Shown here in pieces: positions 29,381 to 38,664 of a stretch of 64,000 nt of DNA (positions are counted from its first letter, which is position 1; the number at the start of each line of letters is the position of its first letter). A program made the position numbers and the translations under genes. The notes under the pieces were generated by a model. It saw only the letters and a program-made list of their open reading frames with translations, did not search any database and was not told the DNA's origin. Source of the DNA: Escherichia phage ECML-1; sequence record OL631478.1. One strand, 5' to 3'.

Positions 29381-31162
29381 ATGAGTAAGTCACTTTACGC
29401 AGTACCAGCAGGTCTTAATGCAGATGCTTACAAGGCATCACATATATATCAGTATCCAGATGCTACGCAATATCTTATGTTGAACCTGACACCACGTAGT
29501 GACAAATGGTTTAACAGTCCATTAGCAATTGATGGTGTAGTCGCTTTTGGTATTCAACGTTTTGTTAAAGATTACTTGATAGACCACTGGAATGCCACCT
29601 TCTTTGAACGTGACAAAAAAGAAGCAATTGACGAAATCTTAGAAGTCATGAACGGTGTTCTGGGCAAAGATGCTATTGGTCGAGAGCATTGGGAAGCACT
29701 TCACGACTTAGGTTATCTGCCAGTCGAAGTATACGCTGTAGAAGAAGGCACAGTTGTTCCTATGCGTGTCCCAATGATTGTCTTCCAGAACACTGTTTCA
29801 GGTTTCCATTGGGTAGCAGGTTATCTGGAAGATGCTTTCTCTGCTGAGATTTGGAAGGCTTGCACTATTGCAACTATTGCATTGCATTACAAACGCATCT
29901 GTAAGAAGTGGGCTGACCTTACTTGTGACAACGACTTGCATCTGCCCTATCAGTGTCATGACTTTGCTATGCGTGGTATGTCAGGCTTTACTGATGACGC
30001 ATTTAATGCTGTAGGTCACTTAACCAGCTTTAAAGGGACTGATAGCTTCCCTGCTGTATACACGGCTAAACGAATCTATGGACAGTCCTACCCAATCTCT
30101 GATATTGGTAGTTCTGTACCAGCCACTGAGCACTCTGTAATGTGTGCAAACATTGCTTGGGAAGGTGGTAATGAGTTGATTGAAGAAGAAAGACGCTTTA
30201 AAGGTGAGTTACAAACCTTCCGTCGTTTCTTAACAGAAACTTACCCAACAGGTATTGCAAGCATTGTTTCAGATACTTATAACTTCTGGAGAACTGTGTC
30301 AGAAATCTTACCAGCACTTCGTAAAGAAATTATGGAACGTGATGGCAAACTGGTAATTCGCCCTGACTCTGGAGACCCTGTACATATTGTCACAGGTTAT
30401 AAAGCAATCCACTTAGAATGTGCTAAGAAGGCTTATTACGAGCACCTAAGCAAGCTGGAAGCCAGTGACACAATGTTGAATGCTGTTCTGAACATGAAGC
30501 TTGAGAACATCAACTATGGTATTGCTGGATGGCTACTGTCAGAAGGCTACGAGATGGTTGTTGACAGAGAAGACTTTGAAGTTGCTGATACAGTGATGTT
30601 GAAAAATGCTTATATGGTTGGTTCTGCAAACGTTGTAACACGTCCTGTAGCTGAGATTGATGGAGCTATTAAGACACTGTACAACATCTTTGGGGGAACT
30701 ATTAACTCTAAAGGCTTTAAAGTACTGGATGAGCATATTGGACTTATTTATGGCGACTCTATCACGTTGGAACGTGCAAATGAAATACTGAAGCGTTTGT
30801 ATGAAATGGGTTTTGCAAGCTCTAACGTAGTGTTTGGTGTAGGTTCTTACACTTACCAGTACATGACTCGTGACACCTTTGCATTTGCTGTCAAAGCAAC
30901 CCTTGCAAGCATTGGTGGTAAAGAGATTATGCTTGCAAAAGACCCTAAAACAGATAGTGGTGTTAAGAAGTCTGCTTTTGGTGGTGTAGCACCTATGTGG
31001 GATGGTGAAAATCTGAAAGCTGTAGATGGCTATGGGTTCCAGAGCTTTGCAGATGCACTTGAACATCCAGCTTGTGCTTTACGTCTAGTCTTTAGCGACT
31101 CTGAGCAGTTCGGCTACACAACTCTTGGTGATATTCGAAATAATATTGACAAGCAGCTTTAA
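29381..31162 (+). CDS. nicotinamide phosphoribosyltransferase-like protein (NadV/NAMPT family; candidate Namat)
   Basis: 593 aa with NAMPT-family architecture (YKASHIYQYP N-terminus, conserved central and C-terminal blocks). Confidence 0.7.
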   Translation: MSKSLYAVPAGLNADAYKASHIYQYPDATQYLMLNLTPRSDKWFNSPLAIDGVVAFGIQRFVKDYLIDHWNATFFERDKKEAIDEILEVMNGVLGKDAIGREHWEALHDLGYLPVEVYAVEEGTVVPMRVPMIVFQNTVSGFHWVAGYLEDAFSAEIWKACTIATIALHYKRICKKWADLTCDNDLHLPYQCHDFAMRGMSGFTDDAFNAVGHLTSFKGTDSFPAVYTAKRIYGQSYPISDIGSSVPATEHSVMCANIAWEGGNELIEEERRFKGELQTFRRFLTETYPTGIASIVSDTYNFWRTVSEILPALRKEIMERDGKLVIRPDSGDPVHIVTGYKAIHLECAKKAYYEHLSKLEASDTMLNAVLNMKLENINYGIAGWLLSEGYEMVVDREDFEVADTVMLKNAYMVGSANVVTRPVAEIDGAIKTLYNIFGGTINSKGFKVLDEHIGLIYGDSITLERANEILKRLYEMGFASSNVVFGVGSYTYQYMTRDTFAFAVKATLASIGGKEIMLAKDPKTDSGVKKSAFGGVAPMWDGENLKAVDGYGFQSFADALEHPACALRLVFSDSEQFGYTTLGDIRNNIDKQL

Positions 31163-31176
31163 AAGTATATGATAAG

Positions 31177-31197
31177 AGGCTCCTACGGGAGCCTTTT
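31177..31197 (+). terminator. intrinsic terminator
   Basis: ggctcc-tacg-ggagcc followed by ttttt. Confidence 0.7.
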
Positions 31198-31215
31198 TAA
31201 TTTCTGGAGAAGATT

Positions 31216-31551
31216 ATGAAAATCAAAGAGATGAACATCAACATCGTCTTAGAGGAACGTTGGGAGAACATCAAGAAACCTGAAAATGGTCATAAGTTCC
31301 TTAACAAAATTTTAGTAGCAGCTAAAGAAGAACTGACTGGTAAGATTGCAGCAGCAATCACAATAAAGGTCTGTGTAAAAGGTCTTCCAGACAATCACCA
31401 ATTTGCACTTGACGAGTTTAAAGAAAGCTTCTACAATCCAAATAAACAGATGCTTGAAAGTAACTTTGCAGTATCTACAAGTATCGTCCATGACAGAAGC
31501 TTTATCCTTTACAAGAATATGAGAGGTGAGTCATGCAAGCATATTGGATAG
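31216..31551 (+). CDS. hypothetical protein
   Basis: 111 aa ORF. Confidence 0.45.
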   Translation: MKIKEMNINIVLEERWENIKKPENGHKFLNKILVAAKEELTGKIAAAITIKVCVKGLPDNHQFALDEFKESFYNPNKQMLESNFAVSTSIVHDRSFILYKNMRGESCKHIG

Positions 31552-31709
31552 AAATTTTACTGTCACTTGGTGGCGTAGCAGTGTTTGTTTACCTTCTTTG
31601 TAAGTACTATGCAGAGCACAAAAAATGTGACTACTGTAATGGGGAAGGTTATACAAGAGCAGGTTGTTGCCCTATGTGTGGTGGTTCTGGTAAAATGTTT
31701 AACAAGTAA
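31533..31709 (+). CDS. small membrane zinc-ribbon protein (58 aa, not in ORF track)
   Basis: MQAYWIEILLSLGGVAVFVYLLCKYYAEHKKCDYCNGEGYTRAGCCPMCGGSGKMFNK; one transmembrane segment plus CxxC..CxxC. Confidence 0.3.
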   Translation: MQAYWIEILLSLGGVAVFVYLLCKYYAEHKKCDYCNGEGYTRAGCCPMCGGSGKMFNK

Positions 31710-31737
31710 TTTAACAGTAAACTAAGAGGAAAGTATT

Positions 31738-34104
31738 ATGCGCATGGTAAACGACCACGCAGAAGTGATTAAGAGTTCAACTTCTTTAGAGACGTCTCAA
31801 GCACAGATTACAATGACACCTGAGATGTTCAGCCTTTTGAGTTCTGGTGTATATACCTTTAAAGAAAGGGCAGTGATTCGTGAACTGTCATGTAACGCAG
31901 TAGATGCTCAGAAAGAAGCTGGAAAAGAGAACATCCCATTCCATGTGCATTTACCTACTCGTTTTGAGCCTTACTTCGAAGTTCGTGATTTTGGAACTGG
32001 ATTGACTCATGATAAAGTTATGAGTTTGTACCTAAACTATGGAGCTTCTACGAAGAATGACTCTAATGACTACATTGGTGCAATGGGTATCGGCTCAAAG
32101 TCACCATTTGCAATTGCTCAGTCATTCACAGTATCTAGCTATGTTGATGGTGTTGTTAATAAGTACTCTGTTTATCTTGAGAATGGTATCCCTCAAGTAA
32201 CTAAGCTGACAACTAACCCAACAAAAGAACCTAATGGTTTAGCTGTACGTGTGGCGGTTGCTGACCACCGTATCTCAAAGTTCTTTGAAGAAGCTGGGAA
32301 TGTGTACTCATACTTCACTGTAAAACCAGAAAGTAATATTGAGTACGACGATGTATTAGCAGATATGAACGTCATTGCCCGTGAAGAAGGTGTTTATGAT
32401 GCCATGATTCATAAGCACAGCTGGCGTTCTAGTGATAACAGGACAGAGTTTAATGTGGTGATGGGTAACATTGCCTACCCTGTTAACATGGAAGCATTAC
32501 TTGGTGATGATTTCTTCAAAGTATTGCCAGAATTTTTCCGTAGGAGCGTAGACCTTGTAAACATCTACATGCCTATTGGTTCAGTCGCTATTGCAGCTTC
32601 TCGTGAAGCATTGCAGATGAATGACACGACAAAAAATGTTATCATTGAGGCTACTAAAAAGATAACTGAAGCAATTACAAAGGATGTTATCAAGAAAGTT
32701 AACAGTCAACCTACACTCATGGATGCTGCACAGGCTTATGCTGAGTTACGTTTGAACTCACGAGAGATGTTTAATGCTGTGTGTCCAAAGTTAGAGTGGG
32801 GAGGCGTTAAGCTTGATTCTCTGGAAGAAGAATTACTAAACATTCGTCGTGGAATTATCTACGCAGAAGACGGCTCAGTCATTTATGAACGTGACGGTAA
32901 AGGTAATATTAAGGTTGATAGGAACGGAAACAACATCCCTAAAGTAGATTATCTTTATGACCCAGTTGCTTATGTCAAGTTCAACTCTTTAGAGAGTAAG
33001 ATTCGTGCAACAGCACTTTCCTACACTCAAGAGGCAAGTATGTTCAATATCTTTGGCGCAATGCGTAAAAGCCAAATTGAACAGTTTTTGTTTGTTATAA
33101 ATGACCGTCGCAATAAAAATGGTACTGAGAAGACTGTAGGACGCAACCAAATCTTGCGTGGTGCATGTCGAGACTATGCCAGTGAGTCAAGTCTGTTTCA
33201 CAGATACAATGGTATTGTCTTTGTATTCTCGACTGAAAAAGAGTTAGATGACTTAATCAATCTGCACAAACTTGATAAAAGCTTGTTAAAGATTGTGAAA
33301 ATGTCTGATAAGGAACACCATTACCAGCGTAAAGAAGCTGTAAGAGGTGTTGTAAAACTCTGGAAAGCTGTTCCAGCAGAAGGTGTAGCTTCCTATAAAG
33401 AGGTTTCAGAGGACTTTGATACAATTGAAGAGCCTCAGCTTTACATTAAGGCAGTTGGTGATACAGTTGATGGTAGATGTTTTTGCTCATCTCCAGAAGA
33501 TGTAGCTAAGTCAGTTGCTAATGTTACAGGTAAGACAGTCTATGTTTTCCGAAAAGCAAATTGGAAAAAGATACCAGAAGATTGGATTGAAGTAGATGAG
33601 AAACTCTTGAACGACAGCTTAACTGATGTTCACTGGATTAACCATAACAGATATATGACGCGTATCTATATGAATGGTGTCCTTGACCTTACAAGCAGTT
33701 GGATTATTGCCAGAAACTTTACGTTTAATAACAGGAAGATTTCTCGCGGGTATTGTTATTCAAGGGATACTATTAAGACAATCTTCTTAGAAGGGAATGA
33801 AGATGCTGTTGAGGCAATGTTTGGTAAGATTCAGTATGTGGCTGCACCGTTTGCATACACTTACACTATCAGTGTTCTTCAGGATTTGAAGTCATGCCTT
33901 GATAATGACACAAAACTGTACAAAAAGATTAAGAAAGCAGGTGACCGCATGGTTATCAAGCTGACAAACTATCTTTCAAAAAGAAAACAAGAAAACTTCT
34001 TGCTTTCACACTTAGATTGGAATAAAGTATCACCTATCGAAGTGAGTAAGTTTTTAGGCTTTGATGTGAAGTGTGTTCCAGAAGGGACTACAATTTACGA
34101 TTAA
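31738..34104 (+). CDS. rIIA: rIIA-like protein with N-terminal GHKL-type ATPase motifs
   Basis: N box ELSCNAVDA, G1 box VRDFGTGL and G2 box GAMGIGSKSPF near the N-terminus; 788 aa, comparable to T4 rIIA (725 aa). Confidence 0.5.
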   Translation: MRMVNDHAEVIKSSTSLETSQAQITMTPEMFSLLSSGVYTFKERAVIRELSCNAVDAQKEAGKENIPFHVHLPTRFEPYFEVRDFGTGLTHDKVMSLYLNYGASTKNDSNDYIGAMGIGSKSPFAIAQSFTVSSYVDGVVNKYSVYLENGIPQVTKLTTNPTKEPNGLAVRVAVADHRISKFFEEAGNVYSYFTVKPESNIEYDDVLADMNVIAREEGVYDAMIHKHSWRSSDNRTEFNVVMGNIAYPVNMEALLGDDFFKVLPEFFRRSVDLVNIYMPIGSVAIAASREALQMNDTTKNVIIEATKKITEAITKDVIKKVNSQPTLMDAAQAYAELRLNSREMFNAVCPKLEWGGVKLDSLEEELLNIRRGIIYAEDGSVIYERDGKGNIKVDRNGNNIPKVDYLYDPVAYVKFNSLESKIRATALSYTQEASMFNIFGAMRKSQIEQFLFVINDRRNKNGTEKTVGRNQILRGACRDYASESSLFHRYNGIVFVFSTEKELDDLINLHKLDKSLLKIVKMSDKEHHYQRKEAVRGVVKLWKAVPAEGVASYKEVSEDFDTIEEPQLYIKAVGDTVDGRCFCSSPEDVAKSVANVTGKTVYVFRKANWKKIPEDWIEVDEKLLNDSLTDVHWINHNRYMTRIYMNGVLDLTSSWIIARNFTFNNRKISRGYCYSRDTIKTIFLEGNEDAVEAMFGKIQYVAAPFAYTYTISVLQDLKSCLDNDTKLYKKIKKAGDRMVIKLTNYLSKRKQENFLLSHLDWNKVSPIEVSKFLGFDVKCVPEGTTIYD

Positions 34105-34183
34105 AGTGTTTGACAAGGGGCTTCAAAGCCCCTTAGAATAGCCTCACAAATTGATTGATTAACTAACAAGAGAGAGTAATAAG

Positions 34184-35293
34184 ATGACTACTAAAACTAA
34201 AGCACAGATTGACGCAGAAATTTACAAACTGGTTAAAGAAGGTAAGCTGACCAAAACAGCTATTGCACAGAAATTTAACACTTCAACCCGTTCAGTTGGT
34301 CGTGCTGTAGAGCGTCATGAAGCAACCTTAAAAGGGAAGAAGAAGGTGACTTCTACACCAGCTACGAAGACTTTGAAGCAAGTTGCTAAGACTTTTAAAA
34401 AGAAAGCTGGCAAACCAGTTGAAAAGGTCGTTAAAGACGCTGTACAGAAAGCTCCAGTAAATAAACTGCACGAAGCTATGCAGAAAGATGACAAGATTGA
34501 GTACATGATTACTGGTGATTCTGTAATTATGACTTATGGTTCAGAATCTGAAATTGTTGAGTCTACTCATCCGAACTATCAAGAGATTGTAGTTCATGTT
34601 GTGAAAGGTGAGTTCAAGAAAGCATTTGAACTGATGAACATTCGTAAGTCTATCGAAAACTTCACTCAGGGTGCTATCACAATCAAAGGCGACAAGCTAT
34701 TCTACGGTGCTGTTGAGATGCGTTCTACTCTGGTTGACCGTATTCTTCACATGATGAAAACTGGCGATAAAGGTTTTGAACGACTTGTAATGTTCTTCGA
34801 AAAACTGATGGAAAACCCATCTAAAGATTCTGTAGAACAACTTTGGGGATTTGTATCTCACCTTGATGTTGAAATTGATGAAGAAGGCTACATCATTGGT
34901 TGGAAGAAAGTCTCTACTCGTGAAGGCAAGCTGGTTGACTCTCACACCTACAAAGTGCCTAATGATTTGGGTAACATTGTAGAAATGCCACGTTGGATGG
35001 TTGATAATAACCGTAACGTAACTTGCTCTCAAGGTCTTCATGTTGGTGCTTGGGATTATGTTCGTTGCTTCTCAGGTGATACAATCCTGAAGGTTCGCGT
35101 ACATCCACGAGATGTTGTATCTGTTCCAACTGATTACAACGATATGAAGATGCGTTCCTCTCGTTATGAAGTTGCAGCAATCGTTGATAATCAACGTAAA
35201 GTGCTGGAAGCATGGGACGGTAAGACTGAAGCTTTGCATGTCATCGTTGGCACTGCTGGTGAACTCATCTCTCAACGTAAACGTGAAATCTAA
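34184..35293 (+). CDS. hypothetical protein (rIIB-like by position)
   Basis: 369 aa ORF directly after the rIIA-like gene; assignment is positional only. Confidence 0.3.
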   Translation: MTTKTKAQIDAEIYKLVKEGKLTKTAIAQKFNTSTRSVGRAVERHEATLKGKKKVTSTPATKTLKQVAKTFKKKAGKPVEKVVKDAVQKAPVNKLHEAMQKDDKIEYMITGDSVIMTYGSESEIVESTHPNYQEIVVHVVKGEFKKAFELMNIRKSIENFTQGAITIKGDKLFYGAVEMRSTLVDRILHMMKTGDKGFERLVMFFEKLMENPSKDSVEQLWGFVSHLDVEIDEEGYIIGWKKVSTREGKLVDSHTYKVPNDLGNIVEMPRWMVDNNRNVTCSQGLHVGAWDYVRCFSGDTILKVRVHPRDVVSVPTDYNDMKMRSSRYEVAAIVDNQRKVLEAWDGKTEALHVIVGTAGELISQRKREI

Positions 35294-35308
35294 TAAGTAA
35301 TTTCTTAA

Positions 35309-35333
35309 AAGGCTGCTTCGGCGGCCTTTTTTA
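35309..35333 (+). terminator. intrinsic terminator
   Basis: aaggctgc-ttcg-gcggcctt followed by ttttt. Confidence 0.6.
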
Positions 35334-35393
35334 TTTGTATTTTGTGCAGAGTGCTGTATAATTGTTGTCACGATAAACTAAACAGGAGAACCA

Positions 35394-35942
35394 ATGAAGA
35401 AATTGATTCTAGGTTTGTGCTTAATGTTTACAGCACACTTATCTTATGCAGTTGACTGCCCAGAGCTATCAATTAGCCAAAAAGTGAACATGTTAAAAGC
35501 TTACCAGTATGGTGAGAATAACATGGGGAAAGGTTGGGGTATCACTCTAGCAGCTATAGCCTTACAAGAGTCAGAGTTAGGTCTGAAGGTAGAAAATAAA
35601 AAGACCCATGACTATGGTATCTTCCAGAATCACTTGAAGACTGTTGTAAAGCGTAACAAAATTAGTCCTAATGTTGCTAAAAAGAAACTCTTAAAAGATT
35701 TTGACTATGCCGCAAAAGAAACACATAAAGAGCTTGAGTTTTGGACGAAGGTACATGGTCACCCAAAGTCAAAGAAGACTTTACAAAAAGTTTTAGCATC
35801 ATATAATGCTGGGTATTCGTACAGAATCCCTAAAGCTAAGAAATACTCTCAAGATGTCTATAACAATATGAAAGTTATCGCTCAATGTGAATTTGCAACA
35901 AACATTTCTAAGGTAAATCATGAAAAAATTAAGAAAGTCTGA
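35394..35942 (+). CDS. secreted protein, possible lytic transglycosylase (SLT-like)
   Basis: Signal peptide MKKLILGLCLMFTAHLSYA; AIALQESELGL...DYGIFQ resembles the SLT catalytic motif. Confidence 0.4.
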   Translation: MKKLILGLCLMFTAHLSYAVDCPELSISQKVNMLKAYQYGENNMGKGWGITLAAIALQESELGLKVENKKTHDYGIFQNHLKTVVKRNKISPNVAKKKLLKDFDYAAKETHKELEFWTKVHGHPKSKKTLQKVLASYNAGYSYRIPKAKKYSQDVYNNMKVIAQCEFATNISKVNHEKIKKV

Positions 35943-36615
35943 TGAAGTCCTGTGCCACGCTTATGACTTGCATCCTCATGAGTTAGGTCTTGATTCCTGT
36001 GTATGGACTCCAGAACAGTGCAGAGATTTTGAAGACACTGCAAGAGAGGTTGTATGTTCACTTGAAGAGTTCCACACATCAGAACCCATTGTGAACGTTG
36101 TGGACAAAGAGACTGGACAAACTATAGGTGTAAGGCGTGATAGTTTAGTGATAGTCAATAAAGACCTTGTAGAAAAAGGTAACCTCATCTTAGCAGATAT
36201 TGATGGTGTTCTTACAAATTTTAATCACGAAGATTGCTCAACGGAATTGACTGATGGGTCATTCTCACAGTACACTAATCTTCTTGATTCTGTAAGAGCA
36301 AAACCAACATATGTTTTCAACATTATTGATGCAATTGCAAATCATGCAGCAGTTGGACTCTTGACAGCAAGAGGTGAATCTCAGAGAATACCTACTGAGA
36401 TGTTTTTAAGGCACAATATAGAGCATGATTACTTGCTTTTTATGCGTGGTTTTGGAACTAACTCTATAAGTGCAGAAAGTTTGAAAGTGAGGATGATTCA
36501 GTCTTGCATTCTTCCTTACTTTAATATAGTATGCTTTATAGAAGATACAGAGAAGAATGTTCAGAAGGTAAACAGAATCCTTCCACACATTAAAACTATG
36601 TTAGTTAAACATTGA
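35920..36615 (+). CDS. hypothetical protein
   Basis: 231 aa ORF. Confidence 0.45.
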   Translation: MKKLRKSDEVLCHAYDLHPHELGLDSCVWTPEQCRDFEDTAREVVCSLEEFHTSEPIVNVVDKETGQTIGVRRDSLVIVNKDLVEKGNLILADIDGVLTNFNHEDCSTELTDGSFSQYTNLLDSVRAKPTYVFNIIDAIANHAAVGLLTARGESQRIPTEMFLRHNIEHDYLLFMRGFGTNSISAESLKVRMIQSCILPYFNIVCFIEDTEKNVQKVNRILPHIKTMLVKH

Positions 36616-37091
36616 GAGAAGAACTTATGAACAATATCATTACGGTAGCACTGGACGATACGGCAAACAAATCTGAAGTAGTTCGTAAAATGATTCAAGG
36701 TAACTTTGAAGGTAAAATTTTCCGTGCTGTTAATGTAAAAGCTGATGGTAGCATTCGCGAATATCGTGCATTGTTGAACGTTAAGAAGCACGTAAAAGGT
36801 GTTGGTTCAACGACTGCACACAAAGAAAACCTGATGACTATCTATGATATGGGTAAGGCTTCAGAGTTAGGTGCTGAAGGTATCGTTAAAGAAGGTGCTC
36901 CGTATCGCTCTTTCAATCTGGAAACTACTCTTATGCTTTCCTTTACAAGTGGTTCCAAAACAATCACTTATCTCTTTACTGATGCTGCAACGGTATCTGC
37001 TATTAAGGATAGCACTGTCAAAGCTGGCGTAGTTGCTGCTGCAAAAGCTTCTTCGATGGCTGCGAATATCCTTGCTAAAGTCCTCGGTTAA
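36612..37091 (+). CDS. hypothetical protein
   Basis: 159 aa ORF. Confidence 0.45.
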   Translation: MREELMNNIITVALDDTANKSEVVRKMIQGNFEGKIFRAVNVKADGSIREYRALLNVKKHVKGVGSTTAHKENLMTIYDMGKASELGAEGIVKEGAPYRSFNLETTLMLSFTSGSKTITYLFTDAATVSAIKDSTVKAGVVAAAKASSMAANILAKVLG

Positions 37092-37103
37092 GGTTAAGAT
37101 ACA

Positions 37104-37125
37104 GGCTCCTTCGGGAGCCTTTTTC
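37104..37125 (+). terminator. intrinsic terminator
   Basis: aggctcc-ttcg-ggagcct followed by ttttt. Confidence 0.7.
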
Positions 37126-37143
37126 ATTTTAGGAGATTGTTAA

Positions 37144-37491
37144 ATGACATTTAAAGAGTTCTGTCAAGCTACTTTCATAATTGTTTTCTTAGTTGGGGCA
37201 GGTGTCTGGGGAGGATACTCTTACAGAGACTACCAAGTTGCTGAAACTGAGCTAAATAATGAGAAGCTGATAAGTGTTGCTAAAGATGCTTATCAGGAAG
37301 GTTTAGCCACACTCAGCACCAATTACAAAAATGATTTGAAAGACGTGCTTGCTAAGAATAAGCATACAAAAGAGGTACTAACGTATGAAAAGACTAAGCC
37401 AGAGTTTTATAATGTTTGTGTTACTGATAATTATGTCAGGGTGTTCAACGAACAAAGTGAACAGTACATTCAAAAACTCCCAAGTAAGTGA
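37144..37491 (+). CDS. membrane protein, i-spanin-like
   Basis: N-terminal transmembrane segment FIIVFLVGAGVWGGYSY followed by a charged helical region. Confidence 0.35.
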   Translation: MTFKEFCQATFIIVFLVGAGVWGGYSYRDYQVAETELNNEKLISVAKDAYQEGLATLSTNYKNDLKDVLAKNKHTKEVLTYEKTKPEFYNVCVTDNYVRVFNEQSEQYIQKLPSK

Positions 37492-37654
37492 GAGTGACAA
37501 GTACACTCAAGAAGAATCAAGATTCACTGTCAAAGGTAATACTGGTAGTGATGTGGCAGCAGCCCTTGAGTTTTATCGTGATGGTTTTTACCAGTGCACA
37601 ATCAAAGCTAATAACCTTATTGATATGATTTTATTAGGAAACAAACAGCAATGA
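37385..37654 (+). CDS. lipoprotein, o-spanin-like, overlapping previous gene in another frame
   Basis: MKRLSQSFIMFVLLIIMSGC has a lipobox-like cysteine; starts inside 37144..37491 in a different frame. Confidence 0.35.
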   Translation: MKRLSQSFIMFVLLIIMSGCSTNKVNSTFKNSQVSESDKYTQEESRFTVKGNTGSDVAAALEFYRDGFYQCTIKANNLIDMILLGNKQQ

Positions 37655-37920
37655 CAGAGAATGAAGACACTTTCTATGTAGAAGGGTACTTACTGCTACC
37701 ACGACCAAAAGAAACTTATATGCGGGTTGATTTCTCACCAACCATTATGGATAACGTGATGTGTCATATCTTTATGCAAGGTGTCACAGCACAGCTTAAG
37801 CATGTTGGTAAAGAGTGCAAAATAAAGGTTGACACTCATCCAGAAATCAAAGAGAATCACTACACATGGTTCTTACCAGACTCTAAAGAAATCTTAGCAG
37901 TTCTCAAAACGAGGAAGTAA
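37651..37920 (+). CDS. hypothetical protein
   Basis: 89 aa ORF. Confidence 0.45.
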   Translation: MTENEDTFYVEGYLLLPRPKETYMRVDFSPTIMDNVMCHIFMQGVTAQLKHVGKECKIKVDTHPEIKENHYTWFLPDSKEILAVLKTRK

Positions 37921-37922
37921 CT

Positions 37923-38246
37923 ATGCAGATTAATGGAAGAGACTTTGTAGCCGTTTACTACGAGAAAGATAAAGAAGTTGGCGTAGCACAAGTATCTTAT
38001 GGCAATGGTAAGTGGTTGTATGGGACAATCGCAGTAGTTGGAACAAGAAGTGATACAAAAACTTTTAAAGATTGTGTTGACCTTCTTGAAGAATCCATCC
38101 AGAATCATTGGTGTCTGATATGGATGACTGACAACGAAGTGATAGAACGTTTCAAAAAGATTGATATCAACATTGACAGTATTGAGCATGTTGATTTATA
38201 TGAGCTAACTGAGAAGGTAAACTATGAAAGCTCTAGAGGTAATTGA
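37923..38246 (+). CDS. hypothetical protein
   Basis: 107 aa ORF. Confidence 0.45.
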   Translation: MQINGRDFVAVYYEKDKEVGVAQVSYGNGKWLYGTIAVVGTRSDTKTFKDCVDLLEESIQNHWCLIWMTDNEVIERFKKIDINIDSIEHVDLYELTEKVNYESSRGN

Positions 38247-38451
38247 TAAAGACACTGGAGAAGTTACATCAGCATGTGTTTTCGTTAGTGACGACACAGT
38301 GATACCGTTTTACAATCTCGATAACTTTAGTTTCACAGGGATAACTCCAGAAGAATACTTTGAAGACCTCACCTTTGCCAGAATTTCTATAGATACATTT
38401 TATAAATGCTTCTATGATGAAGGCAAAGAATTACGAGAAACTGAACTATAA
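38224..38451 (+). CDS. hypothetical protein
   Basis: 75 aa ORF. Confidence 0.4.
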   Translation: MKALEVIDKDTGEVTSACVFVSDDTVIPFYNLDNFSFTGITPEEYFEDLTFARISIDTFYKCFYDEGKELRETEL

Positions 38452-38463
38452 GGTGTATATTAT

Positions 38464-38664
38464 ATGGCTGACTTCTGCAAAGACTGTTCTATCGAAATGT
38501 TCGGACGTGATACAGGTGACTTAAAAGGTCTTATCACTGAAGATGACTTTAAAGCTGGCTATGCAATGCCAGTAATCTGTGAAGGTTGCGGGTGTATCTG
38601 GGTAGACCACGAAGGACAACGTGTAAAACCTTCAGAAGATAAAGAATCTTGGGAGAGATGTTAA
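38464..38664 (+). CDS. small zinc-ribbon protein
   Basis: CKDC...CEGCGC motifs in 66 aa. Confidence 0.4.
   Translation: MADFCKDCSIEMFGRDTGDLKGLITEDDFKAGYAMPVICEGCGCIWVDHEGQRVKPSEDKESWERC

Noticed and set aside
32193-32375. 60 aa minus-strand ORF
   Set aside because: Antisense inside the rIIA-like gene; no independent support.
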